In this document: positions 18,293 through 27,848 of the stretch, one piece after another
How positions within the stretch are numbered: position 1 is the first letter of the stretch
Layout: each line of letters starts with the position of its first letter
Origin: Verrucomicrobiales bacterium
Lineage (GTDB): Bacteria > Verrucomicrobiota > Verrucomicrobiia > Verrucomicrobiales > DEV007
Assembly (NCBI GenBank): GCA_029210205.1
Contig: JARGOD010000004.1
Span: 13,842 to 77,841, forward strand
Length of the DNA: 64,000 nucleotides
Reading direction: 5' to 3'
Notes under the pieces: generated by a model
Database searches by the model: none
The model's input: only the letters and a program-made list of their open reading frames with translations
What the model was told of the DNA's origin: nothing
Translations under genes and position numbers: made by a program

Positions 18293-19591
18293 TCAACGCG
18301 TGTTGATTTGCGCCTTCAGCAGCCCCATGAGCGAATAGAGCCCGAAGTACGCTCGGTTCAGATAGATCGAATCAGCAGATCCCCTCGCGGTTCTCATCTG
18401 CTTCAGTTCAGAGTTCTTGCGTTGTTCTTCGCCCATCTCGAAGATGCTCGCCATGTAGGTCTCGTCACTGAAGTCGAACTCGCCCTCATGAAACGGCCTT
18501 CCGAGAAGGCGTGCTCCACGCTCGGCTCCTTCGAGAATCAGTTCTCGCTCACGCGGCGAGTCGTTATCAGAGAGAACGTCCAGTTGCCTGAGTCCGGCTT
18601 CAAACTTCTCCGGGTTGTTCAGGACCTCGAGGTCGAGAAAGCGGAAATAATCCCGATGAAAATCGTGATCCAGTGATTTGGTGCAGCCGAAGTCGAGGAC
18701 AACCACCTCGTTCTCCTCATCGACAAGAAAGTTACCGGGATGCGGATCGGCATGAAACTGTTTGAGTTCGTGAATCTGGAACTGATAGAAATCCCAGATC
18801 GCCTGAGCGACCCGATTTTTCACTGACTGATCAGCTTCCTCTTTCGCGAACCGGTCAAGCGGCCGGCCATCGATCCAGTCCATCGTCAGGACTCGGCGAT
18901 TCGAAAGTTCCGGGTAGTAGCCTGGGAATTTCAATCCTTTGACCTTTCCCATGGTGGCTTTGGAAAGCGCGATGGATTGCTCCAACTCCAGCGAGTAATC
19001 GGTCTCCTCAAGGAGGCGCTTTTTAACCTCCTGAAAATACGGCTCCACATCCATGTCACTCAGCCCCAGGATCTGAAGTGCGACTGGTTTGACGACAGCA
19101 AGATCGCTGTGAAGGCTATCCGCCACGCCCGGATACTGCACCTTTACCGCGAAGGTCGTATCTCCCTTCGTCGCCTGATGCACCTGCCCAATGGAAGCGC
19201 CGTGCCTTGCGGATTGTGAAAAGGTATCAAAAAGATCAAGCGGCCCCTTTGCAAACTCACGTTTGAACGTCCGCACCACGAGTGGATAAGAAAGTGGCGG
19301 TGCCGAATACTGGGCCTGCGCAAACTGAGTCCGAAAGGCATCAGGCAGCATATTCTTATCGATGCTCAACATTTGAGCCAGTTTCAACGGGCCTCCCTTC
19401 AACTTGGAAAAAGTCTCGTAAACAGTTCCGGCGTTGGCTTCCTCCAGATTGGTGCGGTCGTCCCCACCTCCGACAGCACGCTTTCCGTAGTGCTTCAGGT
19501 AGTTCACGCCGACCTTAGCCCCCGCACCTGCCAGAGCAGCTATCCGTGATGCTTTCCCTGAAGGGATTGATGTCTGCTCGCTCGCGCTCAT
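18293..19591 (-). CDS. ABC1/UbiB (AarF/COQ8-like) atypical kinase
   Basis: KGGPLKLAQMLS, ASIGQVH, AVKVQYPG, EETDY, HADPHPGNF and LDFG. Confidence 0.93.
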   Translation of the reverse strand: MSASEQTSIPSGKASRIAALAGAGAKVGVNYLKHYGKRAVGGGDDRTNLEEANAGTVYETFSKLKGGPLKLAQMLSIDKNMLPDAFRTQFAQAQYSAPPLSYPLVVRTFKREFAKGPLDLFDTFSQSARHGASIGQVHQATKGDTTFAVKVQYPGVADSLHSDLAVVKPVALQILGLSDMDVEPYFQEVKKRLLEETDYSLELEQSIALSKATMGKVKGLKFPGYYPELSNRRVLTMDWIDGRPLDRFAKEEADQSVKNRVAQAIWDFYQFQIHELKQFHADPHPGNFLVDEENEVVVLDFGCTKSLDHDFHRDYFRFLDLEVLNNPEKFEAGLRQLDVLSDNDSPRERELILEGAERGARLLGRPFHEGEFDFSDETYMASIFEMGEEQRKNSELKQMRTARGSADSIYLNRAYFGLYSLMGLLKAQINTR

Positions 19592-20235
19592 GATGGATCG
19601 GGTGTCCCCCAACTGCGGCCGCTGAGGAATCGGAAGAGGTCAAAGGCAGAGTCCACCGCTTGCGTTCCAATGACGTCGAAAGCAAGGCGGACTGACTTCT
19701 CGATGTAGGCGTCAGTGCGCTCAAACCCGTGACTGGTGTCCTCAAGATTGAATTCAACTACCGAGAGGAGGTGCCCAAAAAGACCCAGAGGGTAGGCCTT
19801 GGCCAACGTGCCGCGGCAAGCGACTTCCCCGCTCTCGCGGCCTGAGTCGAGAATTCGCTCGGCAAACTCGGTAAAGGCATGACGCATCCCGCAGAGGCTT
19901 TGATGGGGTTTCTCCCCTTTCGGCAAGCGCGGAAAGCGGGCGAGGAAGAATGATCGTCGATCAAGAATGCGATCACAGAGCGCATAGTAAAATGTCAGGA
20001 GCTTTTGCTGGGCGCTGAAACCACCCCACTCCTCGCTCTGATCGATGGCATGGATGGTATCAGTCACGGTGCGCTTCCAGATATTTGCCTCAAGCGCTTC
20101 CAATGAGGAGAAGTGTTCAAAGAATTCTCGCTCGCTGACATCCAGTTCCTTAGCGAAAGCATAGACTGAGACAGGTGGATGCCCGGTCTCAAGAACAGTG
20201 TGGATGTATTTCCCAATGACGTGGTCGTGGTCCAT
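19588..20235 (-). CDS. TetR-like transcriptional regulator (Bacteroidota-type)
   Basis: N-terminal HTH PVSVYAFAKELDVSEREFFEHFSSL and C-terminal DTSHGFERTDAYIEKSV. ATGA overlap with the ABC1 gene. Confidence 0.75.
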   Translation of the reverse strand: MDHDHVIGKYIHTVLETGHPPVSVYAFAKELDVSEREFFEHFSSLEALEANIWKRTVTDTIHAIDQSEEWGGFSAQQKLLTFYYALCDRILDRRSFFLARFPRLPKGEKPHQSLCGMRHAFTEFAERILDSGRESGEVACRGTLAKAYPLGLFGHLLSVVEFNLEDTSHGFERTDAYIEKSVRLAFDVIGTQAVDSAFDLFRFLSGRSWGTPDPS

Positions 20236-20275
20236 TGCTGAAGATTACGCCCCGGCCATGGATTGAGTGCCGCAC

Positions 20276-20301
20276 AAAAAAGGGCCGACGAATGTCGACC
20301 C
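20276..20301 (-). terminator. Intrinsic terminator of the sdhCAB operon
   Basis: Minus strand AGGGTCGAC-ATTC-GTCGGCCCT-TTTTT, about 30 nt downstream of the sdhB stop. Confidence 0.8.
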
Positions 20302-20330
20302 TCTTCGATTATAATAAATCAGCGTAGCGG

Positions 20331-21086
20331 TCAGTCAGCGACAGCATCACGAGCAACGGCTGCGCCGTAGTCACGGTTCAGCTTCGCGATCACATCTGCG
20401 CTGATCTCCTTCGGACAAACTGCTTCGCACTCGTATTGGTTAGTGCAGTTCCCAAAACCTTCCTCATCCATCTGGCGCACGAGCGCCAAGGTGCGCTTGT
20501 CTTTCTCGGGCTCACCCTGTGGAAGTCGATTGAGGTGATTTGCCTTAGCACCGACAAAGAGCATCGCACTGGCGTTTTTGCAGGCAGCGACGCAGGCTCC
20601 GCAACCAATGCAGGCAGCTGAGTCGAACGAAGCATCCGCGTCGTGCTTGGGAATCGGAACAGCATTGGCATCAGGAGCAGAACCTGTTCTGACGTCGATG
20701 TAGCCACCCGCTGCGATAATTCGGTCGAAAGCGCCGCGATCAACCATGAGGTCTTTTACGATTGGGAAAGCCTTCGCGCGGAAGGGCTCAATCCAGATCG
20801 TATCGCCGTCCCGGAACTTACGCATGTGCACCTGGCAGGTCGTGATTCCGCGGTCCTTGCTATGAGGAACACCATTGATCGTCAGAGAGCACATTCCGCA
20901 AATTCCTTCACGGCAGTCGTGATCAAAGTGAATCGGATCGCCGCCATCAATAATGATGCGCTCGTTCACGATGTCCAGCATCTCAAGGAAGGACGCCTCT
21001 ACTGGGATGTCATTCGCTTCGTAGGTCTGAATGCTTCCCGTATCGTTTGCGTGGGCCTGACGCCAGACTTTAAGAGTGAGGTTCAT
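20331..21086 (-). CDS. sdhB: Succinate dehydrogenase/fumarate reductase iron-sulfur subunit
   Basis: [21 protein letters not shown] and [12 protein letters not shown]. Confidence 0.96.
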   Translation of the reverse strand: MNLTLKVWRQAHANDTGSIQTYEANDIPVEASFLEMLDIVNERIIIDGGDPIHFDHDCREGICGMCSLTINGVPHSKDRGITTCQVHMRKFRDGDTIWIEPFRAKAFPIVKDLMVDRGAFDRIIAAGGYIDVRTGSAPDANAVPIPKHDADASFDSAACIGCGACVAACKNASAMLFVGAKANHLNRLPQGEPEKDKRTLALVRQMDEEGFGNCTNQYECEAVCPKEISADVIAKLNRDYGAAVARDAVAD

Positions 21087-21127
21087 ATCGTCTTCGTTGG
21101 GTATAAAAAGGTTACGGTGCCGTCGGC

Positions 21128-23134
21128 TTACTTGTAGCTGCGGACGCTGAGTTTTACGTTTTCGTAGACCAGCTTTTCCTTGTGAAGGATCGGTTCGTCA
21201 CCGGGATCCGTGTATTCCCACGCTGAAACATAGGCGAACTCATCGTCGCGACGTTTGGCCTCACCTTCGTTGGTGTAGCCTGATTGAACCGCCTCGTCGT
21301 CCTTCGTAAATTGATACTCTTCGCGGAAGTGTCCTCCACAGGACTCTTCACGATCAAGCGCGTCGTGGCACAGGACCTCAGCAAAGTCGATAAAATCAGC
21401 AACGCGACCGGCTTTCTCGAGCTCCATATTGACTCCGTCTGCCGAACCGGGAATCTTAACATTTTCCCAGAAGTCTTTGCGGATTTCCGGGATTCGCTTG
21501 AGCGCCTCTTCGAGTCCTTCCTTGGTTCGTGCCATGCCGCACTTATCCCAAACGAGGAGACCGAGCTCGCGGTGGAAGCTGTCGACAGTTTTCGTTCCGT
21601 TAATGCTGAGAAGCTTTTCGATGCGCTCCTTGGCGTCCGCCTCAGCTTCCTTGAACTCAGGCATATCCGTACTCGCAGAGCCCGGTGTCTGGTCGACGAG
21701 ATAATTCGGCAAGGTGGCCGGAATCACGAAGTATCCATCAGCGAGTCCCTGCATGAGAGCACTCGCTCCGAGTCGGTTAGCGCCGTGATCAGAGAAGTTC
21801 GCTTCGCCGAGGACGTGAAGACCCTTCACATTCGACTCCAGATTGTAATCTACCCAGAGACCGCCCATTGTGTAATGGACCGCAGGGTAGATCATCATCG
21901 GCGTTTGGTAAGGGTTGTCGCCGGAGATCTTTTCATACATCTGGAAGAGGTTGCCATAGCGTGCGCGGATTGTGTCCTCTCCGAGGCGGGCGATCGCGTC
22001 GCTGAAGTCGAGGAACACGCCAAGTCCGGTCTTCGCCACCCCGCGACCTTCATCGCAGGCTTCTTTAGCGGAGCGCGAAGAAATATCGCGCGGCGCCAGG
22101 TTTCCGAAGGACGGATACTTTCGTTCAAGGTAGTAGTCGCGATCTTCCTCCGCGACATCTTTTGCCGTGAGCTTCCCTTCGCGGATCTGCTTGGCCGTGT
22201 CAGCTGATTTAGGAACCCAGATTCGTCCGTCGTTTCGCAGAGACTCAGACATCAGCGTGAGCTTGCTCTGATAGTCTCCGCTCACCGGGATACATGTCGG
22301 GTGGATCTGAGTGAAACAGGGATTCGCCATGTAAGCGCCCCGCTTGTGTGCCCGGAAAGCCGCCATCACGTTGCAGCCCATCGCATTAGTTGAGAGGAAG
22401 AAAACGTTACCGTATCCACCAGTGGCAAGAATCACGCAGTCAGCAGCGTGGCTCTCGATCTCGCCGGTGCGAAGGTCACGAGTCACGATCCCTTTGGCAT
22501 GCCCGTCTACCTTCACCAAATCAAGCATCTCAGTGCGGGGATACATCGTTACTCCGCCTTTTGAGATTTCCTTCTCGAGTGCCTGATAAGCACCGATCAG
22601 CAGCTGCTGCCCTGTCTGGCCCCGAGCGTAGAACGTTCGGCTCACCTGCGCACCGCCGAAGGAACGGTTGTCTAGCAACCCGCCATACTCACGCGCAAAC
22701 GGAACACCCTGGGCGACACACTGGTCGATGATATTCACACTGATCTCGGCAAGACGGTGAACATTCGCTTCACGGGATCGGAAGTCACCGCCCTTCACGG
22801 TGTCGTAGAACAGGCGCCAGACAGAGTCACCGTCATTCTGGTAGTTTTTCGCGGCATTGATTCCGCCCTGCGCTGCAATTGAGTGTGCTCGGCGCGGACT
22901 GTCCTGGTAGCAAAAGCATTTTACCTGATAGCCGAGCTCGGAGAGCGTCGCGGCGGCTGAACCGCCGGCCAGGCCTGACCCAACCACAATGATGTTATAC
23001 TTTCGCTTGTTCGCCGGATTAATCAGCTTTGCGTTGCTCTTGTAATTCGTCCACTTGTCGGAAAGAGGGCCATCCGGGATGGTGGATTCCAGCGTGCCGG
23101 CGAGTGAGCCTGTCGTTGAACCGTCGTATGCCAT
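21128..23134 (-). CDS. sdhA: Succinate dehydrogenase/fumarate reductase flavoprotein subunit
   Basis: [43 protein letters not shown] and ESCGGHFR. Confidence 0.97.
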   Translation of the reverse strand: MAYDGSTTGSLAGTLESTIPDGPLSDKWTNYKSNAKLINPANKRKYNIIVVGSGLAGGSAAATLSELGYQVKCFCYQDSPRRAHSIAAQGGINAAKNYQNDGDSVWRLFYDTVKGGDFRSREANVHRLAEISVNIIDQCVAQGVPFAREYGGLLDNRSFGGAQVSRTFYARGQTGQQLLIGAYQALEKEISKGGVTMYPRTEMLDLVKVDGHAKGIVTRDLRTGEIESHAADCVILATGGYGNVFFLSTNAMGCNVMAAFRAHKRGAYMANPCFTQIHPTCIPVSGDYQSKLTLMSESLRNDGRIWVPKSADTAKQIREGKLTAKDVAEEDRDYYLERKYPSFGNLAPRDISSRSAKEACDEGRGVAKTGLGVFLDFSDAIARLGEDTIRARYGNLFQMYEKISGDNPYQTPMMIYPAVHYTMGGLWVDYNLESNVKGLHVLGEANFSDHGANRLGASALMQGLADGYFVIPATLPNYLVDQTPGSASTDMPEFKEAEADAKERIEKLLSINGTKTVDSFHRELGLLVWDKCGMARTKEGLEEALKRIPEIRKDFWENVKIPGSADGVNMELEKAGRVADFIDFAEVLCHDALDREESCGGHFREEYQFTKDDEAVQSGYTNEGEAKRRDDEFAYVSAWEYTDPGDEPILHKEKLVYENVKLSVRSYK

Positions 23135-23168
23135 GAGTTGAGTCAGTAGAGGTTTCTAAAATTCAGGA

Positions 23169-23930
23169 TCAGGATTTAACGACTTCCTCGACAGAGGCGC
23201 CGTGGGCTGCAGATTTTTCCGGGGATCCCTTATCCTTCAGGATGTTCACCGAGGTGAGAAACGGAATGGAGAGAAAGCCGAGCCAAAGAGCGATCGTTAC
23301 GGCGATGCCGATCTTGCCGATCACCCATCGTGTTTTCTCAGATCGAAGACCTAGCGTTTGGAAAAGGGAGGAAATTCCATGATTCAAGTGCGTGCAGAAA
23401 AATGAGATCGCCACGATGTAGAAGAGCACCACGATGGGATTTTGGAACCCTTTGATAACCATTCCGTAAACGTCGTGACGACTTGGGTCCATCGGGTCTT
23501 TCATCGCAGCAAGATCAGGATCAACCCGAATCGTGAAGTGCAGGATGTGAAAGATGACAAAGCCGAGGACGGTGAGTCCACTCCAGATCATCATGCGTGA
23601 GCTGCGGGGCGCTTGCACGGTTGCATCGTAAGCATAGCGGCTGTTGCGGGCTGACCGATTTTCACGGACGAGGGCAATCGTTGCAATGATGTGGAGAGTG
23701 AACGCTCCGATCAGTCCAAGTCGGAAAATCCAGATCCCCCAGCCATGGAGAAAGTGATGCAGGAAATAGGCGTAATCGTTCAGCGACTCGCGTCCCTGAA
23801 AGATGAGCAAATTACCGACCATGTGGGCAACGAGAAAGCCCACGAGCATGATGCCGGTCACGGCAACAATGAGCTTTTTACCAATGGAGGACTCCCAAAA
23901 TCCAAGAAGAGCTTTTCCTAGCGCGTTCAT
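23169..23930 (-). CDS. sdhC: Succinate dehydrogenase cytochrome b subunit (single five-TM anchor)
   Basis: SSIGKKLIVAVTG, five hydrophobic helices with His ligands, and HG..SLFQTLG. First gene of sdhCAB, with ATG at 23930. Confidence 0.92.
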   Translation of the reverse strand: MNALGKALLGFWESSIGKKLIVAVTGIMLVGFLVAHMVGNLLIFQGRESLNDYAYFLHHFLHGWGIWIFRLGLIGAFTLHIIATIALVRENRSARNSRYAYDATVQAPRSSRMMIWSGLTVLGFVIFHILHFTIRVDPDLAAMKDPMDPSRHDVYGMVIKGFQNPIVVLFYIVAISFFCTHLNHGISSLFQTLGLRSEKTRWVIGKIGIAVTIALWLGFLSIPFLTSVNILKDKGSPEKSAAHGASVEEVVKS

Positions 23931-24115
23931 TTCCGGTTTCTTAAGCAATACGATGCTCTTTTGCAAGAAGATGGGGGGTGAAAAACAGAAATAGTGCAAA
24001 ATAATTGGAATCCATGCCTGATTGGCGCAATCGCTGCGGTTTCGGGGCACCTCTTGAGACAAATTCTCATTGCCAAATGGCTTGTGACACCCCTAGCATC
24101 TTCCATTTTGGAACC

Positions 24116-25846
24116 ATGCCGACACTCTTCCGCTCCCTCGTCCTCCTCGCGACTTGCCTATTCCCTGCTGCCGCTCTTGCTGAAGAGGCCACAGCATCTG
24201 CTGCTGACAAAATCAACTCGGCTCTTGAACCCATCGCCAACACGGCTCTGAATATCATTTTCTGGGGATTTGAAGTTACCGATGGCGTGACACTCCCGTT
24301 GGTCCTCGTGGTGCTTGGCGGAACCGCCATCTTCCTGACGCTTTATTTCAAGTTCATTAATCTCCGGGGATTCGGCATTGCGCTTCGAACGGTGAAGGGC
24401 AAATACACCGACCCGAATGCTCGGGGTCAAATCACCCACTTTCAAGCCCTCAGCGCTGCCCTCTCCGCTACCGTAGGATTGGGGAATATCGGGGGCGTCG
24501 CGGTCGCAGTCGGTGTCGGCGGGCCTGGCGCCACCTTCTGGATGATTGTGATGGGGCTCTGCGGCATGACAACGAAGTTCGCGGAGTGTACTCTCGGAGT
24601 GAAATACCGTCGCATCGCCAAGGATGGAACCGTGAAGGGTGGTGCAATGTATTACCTTCGCGACGGGTTTAAGGAGATCGGCATGGGGCCGGTCGGTGCA
24701 GTGCTAGCTGCTTTATTTGCGCTTTTCGTGATCGGAGGAGCCTTCGGCGCCGGAAACATGTTCCAGTCAAACCAGGCGTTCAGTCAATTCAGTTCTACCT
24801 TCCTTGATGCGGACGTCGCAGGCAGCAGTTCGGCGAAGCTCACTTTCGGCATCGTCCTCGCCGTTGTCGTCGGGCTCGTCATTATTGGAGGCATTGTAAG
24901 GATCGCTCAGGTGACCGCGTTTCTTGTCCCCTTCATGTGCGGCGTCTATGTGCTGACTGCTCTGATCATTATTCTTACCAACCTCGGCGAAGTCCTCCCT
25001 GCCTGCGGGACCATCATTTCGTCCGCCTTCAGCAACGAGGCGGTCACGGGGGGACTCATCGGAGTGCTCATTCAGGGGATTCGGCGGGCGGCCTTTTCAA
25101 ATGAGGCAGGTCTCGGTTCGGCTCCAATTGCTCACTCTGCGGTGAAGACCGACAAGCCAGCCTCTGAAGGCTTTGTCGCGCTGCTCGAACCTTTCGTCGA
25201 CACCGTCGTCGTGTGCACCATGACCGCTCTTGTCATCGTCATCACGGGCGTTTGGCAGGTCAGTGCCGAGGTGAATCCCGGAGGCGCCCAATTGGTTGCC
25301 GCTCCTGGATCTTCTGAAGTCGTGCAGGAATTGGAGCAAGGTCAGTTCGTTCATACTCGACTCTCTAAAGACGATCATCTCGAAGTGATCGGCCTCGTTT
25401 CATCTGAAGATCGCTCTGTTGAAAAAATTGAAGGATGGATTGCCGCGGACACCGTCACCGATCGAAAAGGCGTGCCAATGACTTCCCTGGCCTTTGGCTC
25501 GGTGATTTCCTGGTTCCCTGCCCTGCTTACCATCGCCGTCGTTCTCTTTGCCTTTTCGACGATGATCTCCTGGTCCTATTATGGCGAACAGGGCATTATG
25601 TATCTCTTCAGCTTTCTCGGGGATGAAAGAACGAAGATCCCGGTGTTGGTCTACAAAGTTGTATTCTGTCTTCTCGTCGTCGTTGGCTCATCAGCTTCGT
25701 TGACCAACGTTCTCAATCTTTCTGATGCGATGATCTTTGCGATGGTGATTCCCAACTTAATCGGTCTCTATTTTCTGTTGCCGGTCATCAAGAAAGAAAC
25801 GGCTTCTTATCTTGAGCACGTGAAGTCAGTCGATGGTGAGTCCTGA
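24116..25846 (+). CDS. Alanine/glycine:cation symporter (AGCS, AlsT/AgcS family) with a ~70-aa loop insertion
   Basis: FQALSAALSATVGLGNIGGV, GPGATFWM, GNMFQSN, FSNEAGLGSAPIAH, EPFVDT and FAFSTMISWSYYGE. N-terminal cleavable-looking signal peptide. Confidence 0.93.
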   Translation: MPTLFRSLVLLATCLFPAAALAEEATASAADKINSALEPIANTALNIIFWGFEVTDGVTLPLVLVVLGGTAIFLTLYFKFINLRGFGIALRTVKGKYTDPNARGQITHFQALSAALSATVGLGNIGGVAVAVGVGGPGATFWMIVMGLCGMTTKFAECTLGVKYRRIAKDGTVKGGAMYYLRDGFKEIGMGPVGAVLAALFALFVIGGAFGAGNMFQSNQAFSQFSSTFLDADVAGSSSAKLTFGIVLAVVVGLVIIGGIVRIAQVTAFLVPFMCGVYVLTALIIILTNLGEVLPACGTIISSAFSNEAVTGGLIGVLIQGIRRAAFSNEAGLGSAPIAHSAVKTDKPASEGFVALLEPFVDTVVVCTMTALVIVITGVWQVSAEVNPGGAQLVAAPGSSEVVQELEQGQFVHTRLSKDDHLEVIGLVSSEDRSVEKIEGWIAADTVTDRKGVPMTSLAFGSVISWFPALLTIAVVLFAFSTMISWSYYGEQGIMYLFSFLGDERTKIPVLVYKVVFCLLVVVGSSASLTNVLNLSDAMIFAMVIPNLIGLYFLLPVIKKETASYLEHVKSVDGES

Positions 25847-26457
25847 TGAGCAGCTCTCATAAACTACAACAGTCTGCATCGGCGCAGTGGAGTCTCATTT
25901 TCGGGATTCTCAGCATTGCTGCCTGCTGGATATTCACTTCCATTCCTGCAATCGTCCTCGGCTGTGTTGCCTTGGGGAAAACCAGTGGACCGAATCCGGA
26001 AAAATCCGGTCACGGCATTGCTAAGGCAGGCATTTTGACCGGATGTATTGGAACGATCATCGGACTGTTCTCCATGGGAATCTGGCTCGTCCTTCTTGAT
26101 CCAGCGGAGCCGAGCTTTCAACAGCGGGTCGGTGCACAGTCCGCCGAAGCGGAGCTTCACGAGATCAGCTCTGCTCTCCGGACTTACTCGATCACGGAAG
26201 GCACCTACCCGAAGAGCCTCCAGCAGCTCGTGCCGCTTTTCCTGCCAACCTGGGAATCACTTGCGCCGTATGGATCGGGTAGCGATCAGGCTTCGCGCTA
26301 TCGCTATCGACTCGAAGGCTTTCGCTCGAACGATCTCGGCACCTCTCCCATCGTCCTGACACCACAACCAATTGAGGGCGAAAATTACGGGGTCATTTTT
26401 GCCGACGGTCAGGTCGGCCGGACAAGTGATCCCTCGATTATTGATCTCTTCGACTAG
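25846..26457 (+). CDS. DUF4190-like membrane protein with a pseudopilin-like C-terminal domain
   Basis: SLIFGILS...IPAIVLGCVAL...GIAKAGILTG hairpin, then ELHEISSALRTY...YPKSLQQL and VIFADGQV. TGATG overlap with the symporter. Confidence 0.7.
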   Translation: MSSSHKLQQSASAQWSLIFGILSIAACWIFTSIPAIVLGCVALGKTSGPNPEKSGHGIAKAGILTGCIGTIIGLFSMGIWLVLLDPAEPSFQQRVGAQSAEAELHEISSALRTYSITEGTYPKSLQQLVPLFLPTWESLAPYGSGSDQASRYRYRLEGFRSNDLGTSPIVLTPQPIEGENYGVIFADGQVGRTSDPSIIDLFD

Positions 26458-26460
26458 AAA

Positions 26461-27831
26461 TCAGGCGAAGACTTCCTCTACGACCCGGCCGTGGACATCG
26501 GTGAGTCGAAAGTCGCGTCCGGCGAAGCGGTAGGTCAACTGCTCATGGTCGAGCCCGAGGGCATGCAGGATTGTTGCATGGAGATCGTGCATATGAACCT
26601 TGTTCTCAACCGCCTGAAAACCGAATTCATCGGTCGCTCCAATCGAGGTCCCCGGGTTCACTCCACCACCGGCGAGCCACACTGTGAAGCCACGGGGATT
26701 GTGATCACGACCGTTGTTGTTCTGTGAAAACGGCGTGCGCCCGAATTCAGCGCCCCACCAGACAAGGGTATCCTCAAGAAGTCCGCGGCGTTTCAAGTCC
26801 TCGAGCAGACCCGCGATGGGCTTATCGACTTCACCGGCGAGTTGCTCATGTTTGGGCATATTGTTGTGCTGGTCCCACACAGGTGTCGCAGCGTTGTCAC
26901 AGTGACTGATCTGGATAAACCGCACACCTGATTCGGCCAGTTGCCGCGCGGCAAGGCACTGGCGCGCAAAGCCATCGGTCGTGTCATTGCCGATCCCATA
27001 GAGTTCCTGGGTTTCGCGAGATTCACGGTCTACATCGACGAGCTCTGAGGCGTGCGTCTGCATCCGCCAGGCGAGTTCGTGAGACTTAATCAATCCGTCG
27101 AGAACCGAATCGGTCGAGTCGGCCACTTGCATCTGGTTGAGTTCCTCAAGAAAATCGTGCTCTCGTTTTATCGATTGATCGCTCAGCGGACTGTTGAGAT
27201 TCCGGATCTCCGGATTCGCATTTGGATTACCGGGCTGTCCCAAAACCGTCCCCTGATGAAAGGCCGGAAGAAAAGCATTCGCATAATTTCGAGGGCCACC
27301 CTTGTTGGCCGGCGGATTGACCGTCACGAACGCGGGTAAATTCTCATTCTCCGACCCCAGGCCATAGCTGATCCAGGCGCCCATGGAAGGACGGACAAGG
27401 TTCGTTGCGCCGGTGTGCAGGAACAAGGTTGCCGGACCGTGAGCGACACCTTCGGTGTGCATTGAGTGGATGAAGCACAAATCATCGACATGCTTCGCGA
27501 CTTCGGGAAACAGAGATGAGGACCACCGGCCTGACTCCCCGTATTGCTTGAAGTCCCACATCGGCTTCATCACTGTCCGCTGCTCTTCGACCCTCGTTCG
27601 GGGCACGTAGAAGCCGACTTCGCGCTGATCGGCTTTGAAGAGCTCCGGCTTGTAGTCATAGGTATCGACCTGGCTCGGGCCGCCCTGCATAAAGAGGAAG
27701 ATAACCCGCTTTGCCCGCGGCGCGATCACCGGGGTCTGGTTGGCCATCGCTGAGAGAGCGAGGCTACCAAAACCACATCCAGCGGTTTTGAGAAGCTGGC
27801 GGCGACTGGGATTTAACAGGGTTGGGTCCAT
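26461..27831 (-). CDS. DUF1501 family protein (Tat-exported, PVC-typical)
   Basis: SRRQLLK twin-arginine motif, KRVIFLFMQGGPSQVDTYDYKP, WDQH, EFGRTP and GRDHNP. Confidence 0.92.
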   Translation of the reverse strand: MDPTLLNPSRRQLLKTAGCGFGSLALSAMANQTPVIAPRAKRVIFLFMQGGPSQVDTYDYKPELFKADQREVGFYVPRTRVEEQRTVMKPMWDFKQYGESGRWSSSLFPEVAKHVDDLCFIHSMHTEGVAHGPATLFLHTGATNLVRPSMGAWISYGLGSENENLPAFVTVNPPANKGGPRNYANAFLPAFHQGTVLGQPGNPNANPEIRNLNSPLSDQSIKREHDFLEELNQMQVADSTDSVLDGLIKSHELAWRMQTHASELVDVDRESRETQELYGIGNDTTDGFARQCLAARQLAESGVRFIQISHCDNAATPVWDQHNNMPKHEQLAGEVDKPIAGLLEDLKRRGLLEDTLVWWGAEFGRTPFSQNNNGRDHNPRGFTVWLAGGGVNPGTSIGATDEFGFQAVENKVHMHDLHATILHALGLDHEQLTYRFAGRDFRLTDVHGRVVEEVFA

Positions 27832-27848
27832 CAGTAAACAGGGTACGG

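Noticed and set aside
23931-24115. Apparent overlap of the sdhC and symporter N-termini in the ORF track
   Set aside because: The more plausible starts are 23930 (minus) and 24116 (plus), which leaves an ordinary divergent promoter region.
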